From contig CBDATR010000048.1 in the NCBI GenBank assembly GCA_965200155.1, forward strand, positions 1 through 20,749: a DNA stretch of 20,749 nt. The letters are read 5' to 3'. Each line of letters starts with the position of its first letter. Position 1 is the first letter of the stretch. Both the position numbers and the translations under genes were made by a program. The notes beneath the pieces were generated by a model. The model did no database searches. It worked only from the letters and a program-made list of their open reading frames with translations, and had not been told where the DNA came from. Of this stretch, positions 1-8,372 are shown in pieces. This stretch comes from Nitrosopumilaceae archaeon. GTDB lineage: Archaea; Thermoproteota; Nitrososphaeria; Nitrososphaerales; Nitrosopumilaceae.

Positions 1-1
1 A

Positions 2-340
2 TCTCGCAATAGAATTGCTTGGATGACGGAGCGTTCAAATGTAGACGAACCTACACTGCGAGATATGCTTGAATTCTATAAATATCAGCCACTGGACTTG
101 ATTGTTGTAGAGGGGTTCAAGCAAGAGCCGTTTCAAAAAATTGAAGTGCATCGAGCCGCACGTGGTCCCCAATTACTTGCTCGTAGCGACAAACACGTTA
201 TTGCTGTTGCAACAGACTCTCCGGAGTCAGTTGATGCTGAAGTATTGATATTGAATTTGAACGATCATGAAGCGATTGCTGAGTTCATTATGGAACGTAA
301 ATTATCTGGTGATCTCAATTTTCCTGATTTTGAAGTTTAA
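2..340 (+). CDS. mobB: Molybdopterin-guanine dinucleotide biosynthesis protein B, 3' part (5' end lies outside the window)
   Basis: Frame is open from base 2 (SRNRIAWMTE...). Contains MobB C-terminal motifs DLIVVEGFKQEPFQKIEVHR, VIAVATD and LNLND...IAEFI. Confidence 0.88.
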   Translation, partial: SRNRIAWMTERSNVDEPTLRDMLEFYKYQPLDLIVVEGFKQEPFQKIEVHRAARGPQLLARSDKHVIAVATDSPESVDAEVLILNLNDHEAIAEFIMERKLSGDLNFPDFEV

Positions 341-1265
341 TTAGTTTGTCCGGATAGTCGGTCACAATCCCATCTACACCTAAGTCGATCATTCGGAGCA
401 TATCTTTTGTTTCGTTTACTGTCCAAGTAATAACTGTCAATCCTAGTTCCTTTGCTTCAGTGAGAGTCTCCAGGTTGAGATCGCGGAAATTGCTCGACCA
501 TGTGTGATAGCCGCGAGTTCGTATCAGTTTCGGCATGGATAATTCCGTATCGGTAAGCGTTCTACTTCCCTTCAAGGCTACCATTGCGTCATCGCAGGGG
601 CTGAAAATTCGCCTCAAGATCCTGACAAGAGTCCCACTTCCCCTCTTTGTGCCTCCCCCAAAATCATTTACATTGAAATGTGTGGAGGTAATTGGCGAAA
701 GAAGGATATTCGAATTAATTTGTTGTATTTGCTCTAATAGGTTCCGATCGAAGGACTTGATGATTACATTCGATGTTATTCCGAATCGTTGAACACTTGA
801 TACCAGCACCTCAGCGAACGTCTCTAAGTCCACCGTCATAGATGGTTGTGAAGACGGTCGCTTTGCTTCAATGTAAATTCGCCCTTTAAATTCAAGTTTA
901 TTGGTGAGATCAATAAGTTCACCCAAAGTGGGAATTCTTATGTCATTAAGTGCCTTTTGATGGGGGAATTCGCGAAAGTATTTAGTACGAGGATTGATCC
1001 TTCCTATGTCGTAACTCTTCAACTCATCAATTGTTAAATCACTAATCTTTGGACCTGGTGAATCTATCCATTGACCATAACTATCCCGAGTGATTTGAGG
1101 ATTTAGTCGTAGGTCGTGATAAACAATCACTTCATGATCAGCCGAAACACCTACATCCAGTTCGATTGCATCTACGCCTAGACGGAAGGCTGCTTCAAAA
1201 CCAGGAAGAGAATTTTCTGGCATCAATCCTCTGGCACCACGATGCCCAATAACTTCAATGTTCAT
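315..1265 (-). CDS. Glycerophosphodiester phosphodiesterase (GDPD family)
   Basis: GHRGARGLMPENSL, IELDV, VYHD, IPTLGE, and C-terminal WTVNE...GVDGIVTDYP motifs. The 3' end overlaps convergent mobB by 26 nt. Confidence 0.93.
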   Translation of the reverse strand: MNIEVIGHRGARGLMPENSLPGFEAAFRLGVDAIELDVGVSADHEVIVYHDLRLNPQITRDSYGQWIDSPGPKISDLTIDELKSYDIGRINPRTKYFREFPHQKALNDIRIPTLGELIDLTNKLEFKGRIYIEAKRPSSQPSMTVDLETFAEVLVSSVQRFGITSNVIIKSFDRNLLEQIQQINSNILLSPITSTHFNVNDFGGGTKRGSGTLVRILRRIFSPCDDAMVALKGSRTLTDTELSMPKLIRTRGYHTWSSNFRDLNLETLTEAKELGLTVITWTVNETKDMLRMIDLGVDGIVTDYPDKLIKLQNQEN

Positions 1266-1380
1266 TAATTACACCGAACAGGAAATTGGCTACTGATACA
1301 ATTGCACATTTGGTTGTGAAGTAAGTTGGAAGAAATCTAGTTTTTCTTTCGCCTGTTGCGAAACAAAATTAAACTACGTA

Positions 1381-2115
1381 ATGAATAACTTGTCCGAGAA
1401 TTTCAACAAGTCAGATGCTGGCACTGAGTTCTTGAATTCCCATGGTATCAATATGATGCATGTGTTCGATGCAAAGGAGATTCAGGATCTAGTTGCTTCG
1501 GTTCTGCCGGCTTCCGAACTCGAAAATTATCAAAGTGTCATTCTATTCGGAAGTGCTGGTTCAAAAGTTTGGAATACGCTCCAAAAGTTTGGAATGAAAG
1601 GCAATGATCCGGTTGATGACTATAGCGCACATATTGCAAAGCAATATGCTAAAGAGTTTCTAAATACCAAATCAGTATTGCTTTATCCATCCATGTACAT
1701 GATCTCCCTGACCAAGCTAGGACTGCGGGCGGGCTGGAGTTTTACGTCCCCTCTTGGACTTGGAATTCATCCAAAGTACGGGCCGTGGTTTGCATATCGT
1801 GCAGTCCTGCTTGTTGCAGCCAAGTTGTCTCCTACCACACATGAATATGATAGGTCTCCATGTGATACCTGCACCGACAAGCCATGTCAAACAGCTTGTC
1901 CTGTAGGTGCAGTCCGAGACATTGGCGAATTCGCACTGGAGACATGTTCTCGATATCGAATTTCAAATGAATCTTCCTGCGAGCGTAGATGTTTGGCCCG
2001 TCTTGCTTGTCCAGTGGGCTCAAAGTATCGATATAGTGAAGAGCAGCTGAACTACTTTTATGACCGATCCAGAAAAACCCTGGTGCGTTATTTCGGATCT
2101 GTTGTTGATGATTGA
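1381..2115 (+). CDS. Fe-S cluster protein with a CblC(MMACHC)/QueG-like segment; function unknown
   Basis: LGLGIHPKYGPWFAYRAVLL followed by CDTCTDKPCQTACP and C...CERRCLARLACP cysteine clusters. Confidence 0.65.
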   Translation: MNNLSENFNKSDAGTEFLNSHGINMMHVFDAKEIQDLVASVLPASELENYQSVILFGSAGSKVWNTLQKFGMKGNDPVDDYSAHIAKQYAKEFLNTKSVLLYPSMYMISLTKLGLRAGWSFTSPLGLGIHPKYGPWFAYRAVLLVAAKLSPTTHEYDRSPCDTCTDKPCQTACPVGAVRDIGEFALETCSRYRISNESSCERRCLARLACPVGSKYRYSEEQLNYFYDRSRKTLVRYFGSVVDD

Positions 2116-2132
2116 TAGTTGGGGACCATCTA

Positions 2133-2576
2133 ATGTATTTTGAAGATTTTGAAGTTGATGCCGAATTTAAAAGTGATGGCGTTACTTTAACTGAGGGTGA
2201 AATCATACATTTCGCTTTGCAGTATGACCCACAGCCGTTTCATATCGATGTTGAGGCCGCATCCAAGTCGCAGTACAAGGGACTCATTGCCAGTGGGTTT
2301 CAAACCATGGCTCTTTCATTTCGTATGTTGCTGCAAAAGGGGATTTTCCCTAATGGTATGGGATCTCCGGGAATTGACGAATTACGATGGTTGAGGCCTG
2401 TGCGTCCTAGTGATACTTTGCATATGGAGGCCAAGGTGTTAGGTGTTCGCGCTTCAAGTTCTAGAAACGATCGCGGGTATGTAGATTTACATTGCGCGAC
2501 GGTTAATCAGAATGCACAAGTAGTCATGACAATGCGGGTGGTTCAAATTCACAGGCGTCGAGAAGTTTTGGAGTAA
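2133..2576 (+). CDS. MaoC-family (hot-dog fold) dehydratase
   Basis: YFEDF start, FALQYDPQPFHID hydratase motif, GLIASG, LRWLRPVRP. ATG 2133 follows GGGGA and is preferred over the track start at 2112. Confidence 0.9.
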   Translation: MYFEDFEVDAEFKSDGVTLTEGEIIHFALQYDPQPFHIDVEAASKSQYKGLIASGFQTMALSFRMLLQKGIFPNGMGSPGIDELRWLRPVRPSDTLHMEAKVLGVRASSSRNDRGYVDLHCATVNQNAQVVMTMRVVQIHRRREVLE

Positions 2577-2765
2577 TTACCTAAAAACTTTTTGCGCCGT
2601 CTTCACGCCCAATCGTTTAATTACAATTCGGTACTCAATCGTCAATGCACTTGGATTAAATCGAGATTTTGAGTGGTGGAATGTTTAGTCAAGTAAGGCT
2701 AAACAGCAGTGAATATCCTCACTTATCTCTATTATGGTCCAGCTTAGGGAAGGAGGTTTATTGCA

Positions 2766-3257
2766 ATGCAACATATTCATCTAATGTCCACATTCAATGC
2801 TTGGGCAAATCAAATCATTTATAACGTCTGTGCCGAATTGAATAACGACGAGTATAGAGTGGACCGCAAGTCTTTTTTCGGTTCCATTCACCACACACTG
2901 AATCACCTGCTACTGGTGGATCGCTTGTGGATTTGTCGTTTGCTCGGATATGAGAACAAGGAAATCAGTTCACTCGATCAAATTCTCTTTGAGAACTTTG
3001 ATGAGTTGAGACATGCACGAATCGAGGAGGATGACCGCCTGCTGGAATTAGTAAACAGTTGGGACGAAAGCGATTTGAATCGATCTGTCAGTTACGCGCG
3101 CATGAACGGCGTAAAGGGTACCAACACAGTCAACGAAGTTATGCTGACGTTGTTTAATCACCAAACCCATCACCGTGGTCAAATTCATACCATGCTCACA
3201 CAATGTGACAAGCAGATTCCAGATATGGATGTAGTCGACTATCTTGCAACAGCATAA
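2766..3257 (+). CDS. DinB/YfiT-family putative metalloenzyme (not DNA polymerase IV)
   Basis: FNAWAN, FFGSIHHTLNHLLLVDRLW and FNHQTHHRGQIH histidine motifs; strong RBS AAGGAGG upstream. Confidence 0.92.
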   Translation: MQHIHLMSTFNAWANQIIYNVCAELNNDEYRVDRKSFFGSIHHTLNHLLLVDRLWICRLLGYENKEISSLDQILFENFDELRHARIEEDDRLLELVNSWDESDLNRSVSYARMNGVKGTNTVNEVMLTLFNHQTHHRGQIHTMLTQCDKQIPDMDVVDYLATA

Positions 3258-3266
3258 GTTCGGCTT

Positions 3267-3290
3267 ATTAGGTGTAATTTCCTAATTTTT
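3267..3290 (+). terminator. Possible weak intrinsic terminator after the DinB-family gene
   Basis: ATTAGG-N8-CCTAAT stem followed by a T run, 10 nt after the stop codon. The stem is short and AT-rich. Confidence 0.3.
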
Positions 3291-3316
3291 CACTTTGTGT
3301 AAGAAAGCGGAGAAGA

Positions 3317-3472
3317 ATGGCTGATCAAACAATGACTGTTAAAGATGTGACTGAAAATCTCATGGTCAATGAGCATACCATTTATCGAGGTGGACAGTAA
3401 GTTACCCGCTTTCAAGGTGGGTGGTCCTGGTAATTCATGCAGGTAGAGATAGGGAAGTGGATTAAGATGTAA
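3317..3472 (+). pseudogene. Frameshifted excisionase-like (HTH_17/MerR-type) DNA-binding protein
   Basis: GGAG RBS and ATG 3317 give MADQTMTVKDVTENLMVNEHTIYR; shifted frames continue KLPAFKVGG and SW*FMQVEIGKWIK, matching the family pattern MTxxEVAxYLxVxxxTIYRL...LPxFKVGGxWRF...IxxWI. Confidence 0.8.
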
Positions 3473-3683
3473 TATAACGATAGTGGACGTTAAACCTGTT
3501 ACAGATGGGTTAACTAAAATAAGGCAGTTTTGAGAGCGCAAGAGAATCGCTCTTACTTGGGAGGGACAGGCAATTTGGACAGAAGTTGTGTTGGATAACA
3601 AGGAAAACGAATATGTATAGGCGTGTGACTGTTCCAATATTAGGTAACACTTTTGCAAAACAGTTTAATTATACGTGTTGGCG

Positions 3684-5819
3684 ATGCTTAGCCATTTAAA
3701 GCTAAATGAAAAATATCGTACGGGTGATAGTCAACTGATAACTGGTTTTTATGCACCCTGCTTAAAAAATTCTCGACTATACGATCGAGCAGTTGGTTAT
3801 TTCCGTTCTTCTGTTTTCCTTCTAATTGGCCCTGAAGTATTAGATTTTGCAAAACGTGGCGGGAAAATAAGGCTTGTTTGTTCTCCATCAATTTCCCAAA
3901 TAGATATTGATGCTTTAGTTAATGGCTATAAGTCCAGAAAGGAGTTGCTTGATAAATCTTTAAGTGAAGACATTGATGACCTATTAGATAACCGTCAAAT
4001 CGCAAAGAACGTTGAAGCTTTAGCAACCTTAATTGCTGTAGGGTCCCTCGAAGTTAAAATTGCGTTTAAACCTAGAGCTAGTGGTATTTTTCATGAAAAG
4101 CTTGGGTTATTCCACAATGGAGATGATGTTGTTAGTTTTCCAGGTTCAATAAATGAGTCTTGGAGCGGATGGCATGAGCGGGGAAATAGTGAAGCCTTCT
4201 CTGTCTTTTGTAGTTGGTTAGGTGGAAGAGATGACCGCGAAACTAAGTCTGACAAGCGTTATTTTGAAGAGCTTTGGAATGATCAAAGGGATGGTTTAAG
4301 TGTTGAAAGTTTTCCAAATATCGCTTTGGAAAGACTTAAAGTGGTAGCAAAGGGGTCTCTAGATGACATAGATCCGGATGGGTTAACAGATTATTTTACG
4401 ATTGGCGACATTTGCAAAAAAAACGATGAAGATGAGACTTCGCTTTCCCCTCCAAAACGTACTCCTTTAAAGCACCAGTTAGAAGCCATAGAGGCATGGA
4501 AAAAACAAGGAAGACGAGGAGTTTTAGAACATGCTACAGGTAGCGGAAAGACCTTTACTGCTCTTACAGCATTAAAAGAATATTTAGGAGATGATGGTGT
4601 TGCTTTGGTATTAGTCCCTGACCGCTTGTTACATAAACAATGGGGCAAAGAGCTTAAGGAAGAGTTGCCGGACGTCACTATTTTAAAAGTTGGCGATGGG
4701 CATAACCGATGGCGTAAGAATATGGCACTCCGCACCTTTACTCAGCCAGGAAAAGGATTAGGTCCACGAGTTGTTCTGGCTACATTGCCGACAGCTAGGC
4801 TACAAGATTTTATAAATGGAATTTGGCAGGGCGAACATCTCATGGTGGTGGCTGATGAGGTTCATGAGATTGGCAGTAAAAAGAACTCAAAGGTTTTAGC
4901 AATTGAATCTGGTCCACGTCTAGGGCTTAGTGCTACACCGCGTAGATATGGCGACCCAGTTGGTACTGCAAAAATATTCCAGTACTTTAAACAGGTTGTA
5001 GAGCCTCCATTTACATTAGAAGATGCAATAAAACAGAAGAGGCTTGTTGAGTATGAATACTTCCCAGTTCCTATACATTTAACAGCAGAAGAATCAGAGG
5101 AGTGGGAAACAGCTACAAAAGAAATTTCTAAAGAATTTGCTCGCTCTAAGCGTGATGATAGCGGTACACCAATAGTATCTCCACGATTACAAATTATGCT
5201 TATTCAACGATCTCGAATAGCAAAAAAAGCAACTGCTAAAGTTCCTTATGCTGCAAAAATTTTAAGTGAAAAGTTTTTAGAAGGCCAGAGTTGGCTTGTG
5301 TACTGTGAGGATCAATATCAATTGTCCGAAGTGATGGATGCTCTCCGCTCAAGGGGTATTGAGGCATGTGAGTATCATACTAACATGCAAGGGGATGCGA
5401 AGGCTTCACTGGACTGGTTTAAACGCTTTGGAGGTGTAATGGTTTCAATTAGATGCCTTGATCAAGGAGTTGATATCCCTAAGATCTCGCATGCTGTTAT
5501 ATTAGCATCTTCGCAGAATCCTCGTCAATTTATTCAAAGGCGAGGGAGAGTGTTACGTACATACCCAGGTAAGTATCAAGCAGTTATATATGATGCTGTA
5601 GTAGTCCCCATATGCCTTGAAGATGAGCCAGGACAGTTATCATTATTAAAAAGTGAGCTCCAGAGAAGTATCCAGTTTTCAGAGACGGCAATTAATAGAT
5701 CTGGAGCAAATCAATTAAATTCTATAGCAATAGAATTAGGTATTGATCCGGAAGAATTTGGTTTAGTTGATACAGATGGTATAGAAGAACCGGGAGAAAG
5801 TGATGTCAGTCAGGAGTGA
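3684..5819 (+). CDS. PbeA-like PT-associated effector: N-terminal PLD(HKD)-like nuclease domain fused to an SF2 DEAH helicase
   Basis: N-terminal YDRAVGYFRSS, FHEKLGLF...GSINES...GNSE. Helicase Q motif PLKHQ, ATGSGKT, DEVH, SAT, LDQGVDIP, QRRGRVLR. Adjacent to a dnd cluster. Start is ATG 3684 or GTG 3675. Confidence 0.85.
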   Translation: MLSHLKLNEKYRTGDSQLITGFYAPCLKNSRLYDRAVGYFRSSVFLLIGPEVLDFAKRGGKIRLVCSPSISQIDIDALVNGYKSRKELLDKSLSEDIDDLLDNRQIAKNVEALATLIAVGSLEVKIAFKPRASGIFHEKLGLFHNGDDVVSFPGSINESWSGWHERGNSEAFSVFCSWLGGRDDRETKSDKRYFEELWNDQRDGLSVESFPNIALERLKVVAKGSLDDIDPDGLTDYFTIGDICKKNDEDETSLSPPKRTPLKHQLEAIEAWKKQGRRGVLEHATGSGKTFTALTALKEYLGDDGVALVLVPDRLLHKQWGKELKEELPDVTILKVGDGHNRWRKNMALRTFTQPGKGLGPRVVLATLPTARLQDFINGIWQGEHLMVVADEVHEIGSKKNSKVLAIESGPRLGLSATPRRYGDPVGTAKIFQYFKQVVEPPFTLEDAIKQKRLVEYEYFPVPIHLTAEESEEWETATKEISKEFARSKRDDSGTPIVSPRLQIMLIQRSRIAKKATAKVPYAAKILSEKFLEGQSWLVYCEDQYQLSEVMDALRSRGIEACEYHTNMQGDAKASLDWFKRFGGVMVSIRCLDQGVDIPKISHAVILASSQNPRQFIQRRGRVLRTYPGKYQAVIYDAVVVPICLEDEPGQLSLLKSELQRSIQFSETAINRSGANQLNSIAIELGIDPEEFGLVDTDGIEEPGESDVSQE

Positions 5820-6003
5820 CCCTCTGTCAGTGTTGTTAGAAATAAAAGCAACCATGGATACCAATATAGATGATGAATTGGTGAAGAGTTGTTATCAGTT
5901 ACAGTCAGAGCATCAATATGATAATAACCGTGAAACTATGCAAAAAATGCAGGCGCTTATTGAAGAGGCAATTGTTAGTAATGAGGATGGTAATCTCCAA
6001 TGA
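5803..6003 (+). CDS. Small helical dnd-associated protein (PbeB-like by position)
   Basis: GGGAG RBS; start overlaps the end of the helicase gene; stop overlaps the next start (ATGA at 6000-6003). Name is inferred from gene order only. Confidence 0.65.
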   Translation: MSVRSDPLSVLLEIKATMDTNIDDELVKSCYQLQSEHQYDNNRETMQKMQALIEEAIVSNEDGNLQ

Positions 6004-7982
6004 AATTAAAAGAGATCATTATTAGTAATTTTATGCCTTATAAAGGTGAGCAGAAAATTATCTTCCCTCAGGATGAAACAGAAAACGTTATGCTCCTTTT
6101 TGGCGATAATATGAGAGGGAAAACAAGTTTTTTAAACGCTATAAGGTGGGGATTTTATGGTAAGGCGATCGGTCGGCACTTAAAACATATTCCGAGAAAA
6201 CAACTGGTAAATATTGAGGCAGCTAAGGAAAACGATTGGAGTATGTCTATTACCTTAAAGTTTTCCAATTTCGGTAATGAGTATGAATTAAGGAGAAGAA
6301 TAGAAAAAAAATCTCATGTATCCCAGCCTAAAACTGATGGAGATTTTGAACAGGTTTTAGGGTTAAGAATCAATGGTGAAGTTAAACCGAATTATGTGAT
6401 AGATAATGAATTGAACCAGATATCTCCAGAAGAAATCTCTCGTTTTTTCTTATTTGATGGTGAGTTGTTGCAAGAATACGAAAACCTATTGATTGATGAG
6501 AGTGAGCAGGGTGAAAAAATTAAGGAGCATATTGAGCAAGTGCTTGGTGTTCCGGCACTTATTCATGGCAGGGATGAATTATCAAGCCTGTTGAAAGAAG
6601 CAAGAAAAGTTCAAGCTAAAGATGCCAAGAAAAACACGGATTTAAAACACTTCGCAGAACGGCAAAATCAACTCGCGGTAAGGTTGAGTTCTATAGAAAA
6701 CGATTTAAAGGATTTAAAGTCTCAGCGCGACGTTGTTCAAAAAGACATAGATGATATAGATGATGAACTCAAGAATACCGAAGCCGTACAGAGAAAAAAA
6801 TTCGAACTAGAAGGATTGGTGTCTTCTAGAAAGTCAACTGAGTCACAGATTCAAACTCTTGCTAATGAGCAGCGTGTGTTGTTAAAAAAAGCTTACCTAG
6901 ATGTTCTGAATACTAATATGTCGCCATTGTTAGCTGAAGTAAAAGACCGCAGGGATCTAATGCAAAGCATTTCGGAAAGAAAAGCTGTACTTAATTCGCA
7001 GATCAACACATTACAAAAAAGTATTGATGGTCCAACCTGTGCTACCTGTAAACAGATTATACCAGATGAGAAAATACAACCTATCAGAGACGAGATAGCT
7101 AACCTTAGGGCAGAGGAAGAACTTTCATCCGTTGACCCAGAAGAGTTAAAGAGGTTAAACAAGCAAAATGACAGGCTGTCTTTAATACAGTCAGCCAATG
7201 AAGGCGCCCGCCTAATTGAAAATAGTCGTAAAGAAAATAGACTGAAGTTAGAGCTCTGGAGAATAGAGAATAAAGAAGATGAGCTTGAAGCTGAAATTCG
7301 AGAGTATGATACTGACCAAATAATGCGACAGCGTAAAAAACGTGATCAACTTATCGCTCAATTGTCGCATTTAAATTCAGATATTGACAAAACTAAGAAA
7401 GATCATAATAAAAATATAGATGAACAAGATCATATAGCCACTTTGATTTCTAAGAATGTAGGAGCACAAGGACAAAGAAGTTCAATACGTGTAAACATGT
7501 ATCAAGACCTAGAAGCAATTTTCTCCGAAGGAATTGACCGGTTACGAGACGCCCTTAGAACTGATGTTGAGTATCATGCAACGAAGGCATTTGCAGAATT
7601 AACAACGGAAAAAACATACAGTGGTTTACGAATAAATCAAAACTATGGTCTGTCAATCCTAGATCAGGAAGGGCGTGTTCTAAATCAGCGCAGTGCAGGT
7701 GCCGAGCAAGTCGTAGCATTGTCGCTTATTGATGGGCTTAATAGGACTGCTCGGAAAGCAGGTCCAATTGTAATGGATACACCTTTAGGTCGCCTCGACC
7801 CGAAACACCGAGGCAACGTACTGAAGTATCTACCTAAAATGGCTGAACAAGTAGTTCTACTTGTACATGAGGGTGAGATTGACCCCGACCGAGATTTGCA
7901 GAATTTCGCAGAAAGAACTGGGTCTCGTTACACAATAGAGCGTATTTCCGCTACCGAGTCACGAATAGTAAAGGGGAGCTGA
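6000..7982 (+). CDS. PbeC-like Rad50/SMC-type ABC ATPase (DndD paralogue) with central CXXC
   Basis: Walker A GDNMRGKTS, FFLFDGE, long coiled coils around CATC, signature SAGAEQ, Walker B/D-loop IVMDTPLGRLD, H-loop LLVHEGE. Confidence 0.85.
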   Translation: MKLKEIIISNFMPYKGEQKIIFPQDETENVMLLFGDNMRGKTSFLNAIRWGFYGKAIGRHLKHIPRKQLVNIEAAKENDWSMSITLKFSNFGNEYELRRRIEKKSHVSQPKTDGDFEQVLGLRINGEVKPNYVIDNELNQISPEEISRFFLFDGELLQEYENLLIDESEQGEKIKEHIEQVLGVPALIHGRDELSSLLKEARKVQAKDAKKNTDLKHFAERQNQLAVRLSSIENDLKDLKSQRDVVQKDIDDIDDELKNTEAVQRKKFELEGLVSSRKSTESQIQTLANEQRVLLKKAYLDVLNTNMSPLLAEVKDRRDLMQSISERKAVLNSQINTLQKSIDGPTCATCKQIIPDEKIQPIRDEIANLRAEEELSSVDPEELKRLNKQNDRLSLIQSANEGARLIENSRKENRLKLELWRIENKEDELEAEIREYDTDQIMRQRKKRDQLIAQLSHLNSDIDKTKKDHNKNIDEQDHIATLISKNVGAQGQRSSIRVNMYQDLEAIFSEGIDRLRDALRTDVEYHATKAFAELTTEKTYSGLRINQNYGLSILDQEGRVLNQRSAGAEQVVALSLIDGLNRTARKAGPIVMDTPLGRLDPKHRGNVLKYLPKMAEQVVLLVHEGEIDPDRDLQNFAERTGSRYTIERISATESRIVKGS

Positions 7983-7983
7983 G

Positions 7984-8364
7984 ATGACAGAACCAAGCAG
8001 AATTGGACTTACCCCGAAGACAGACTATAAACTTGACGAGTTATTAGAAGAATGGAATCCACAATCTGGTGAAGACGGTGTAAAGCTAATTAAGTTTGAT
8101 ATTTATAGGCTGGCTGTTGCTTTGGGTATGCGCAGAACTGATTTACCTGTGCCACTGAACGATAAAAGTACTTCTAGTTTGCGCGTCAACGAACTAGACC
8201 CAGATGGGATTTTGAGCTTGGCCGTTGAAAGTTTAGGGTTAATTGGACCAGGTGAGTCTCATTATCAATTTATAGAACGTCTGGCAGAAAGGGAGATCGC
8301 AGAGTTGTATGAAAAGTATCAACAAACTGGTCAGTTTCCATTTGAAGAATATTTTGGAGAATAG
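7984..8364 (+). CDS. Small dnd-associated protein (PbeD-like by position, distantly DndE-like)
   Basis: Starts 1 nt after the ATPase stop with a GGGGAG RBS. RIGLTPKTDYKLDEL...IYRLAVALGM follows the same pattern as the DndE N-terminus. Confidence 0.6.
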   Translation: MTEPSRIGLTPKTDYKLDELLEEWNPQSGEDGVKLIKFDIYRLAVALGMRRTDLPVPLNDKSTSSLRVNELDPDGILSLAVESLGLIGPGESHYQFIERLAEREIAELYEKYQQTGQFPFEEYFGE

Positions 8365-8372
8365 GTCTACGA

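Noticed and set aside
3290-3658. 122-aa minus-strand ORF
   Set aside because: No recognisable motif; it is antisense to the HTH pseudogene, which explains the region better.
6000-7982. Recent duplicate of dndD
   Set aside because: Similarity is limited to ATPase motifs; Walker A, H-loop and CXXC differ, indicating a distant paralogue.
3684-8364. Calling the plus-strand operon dndFGH, a type III R-M system, SbcCD or Wadjet
   Set aside because: Sizes and domains do not fit DndFGH; no methyltransferase, SbcD phosphoesterase or JetD/Toprim partner is present.
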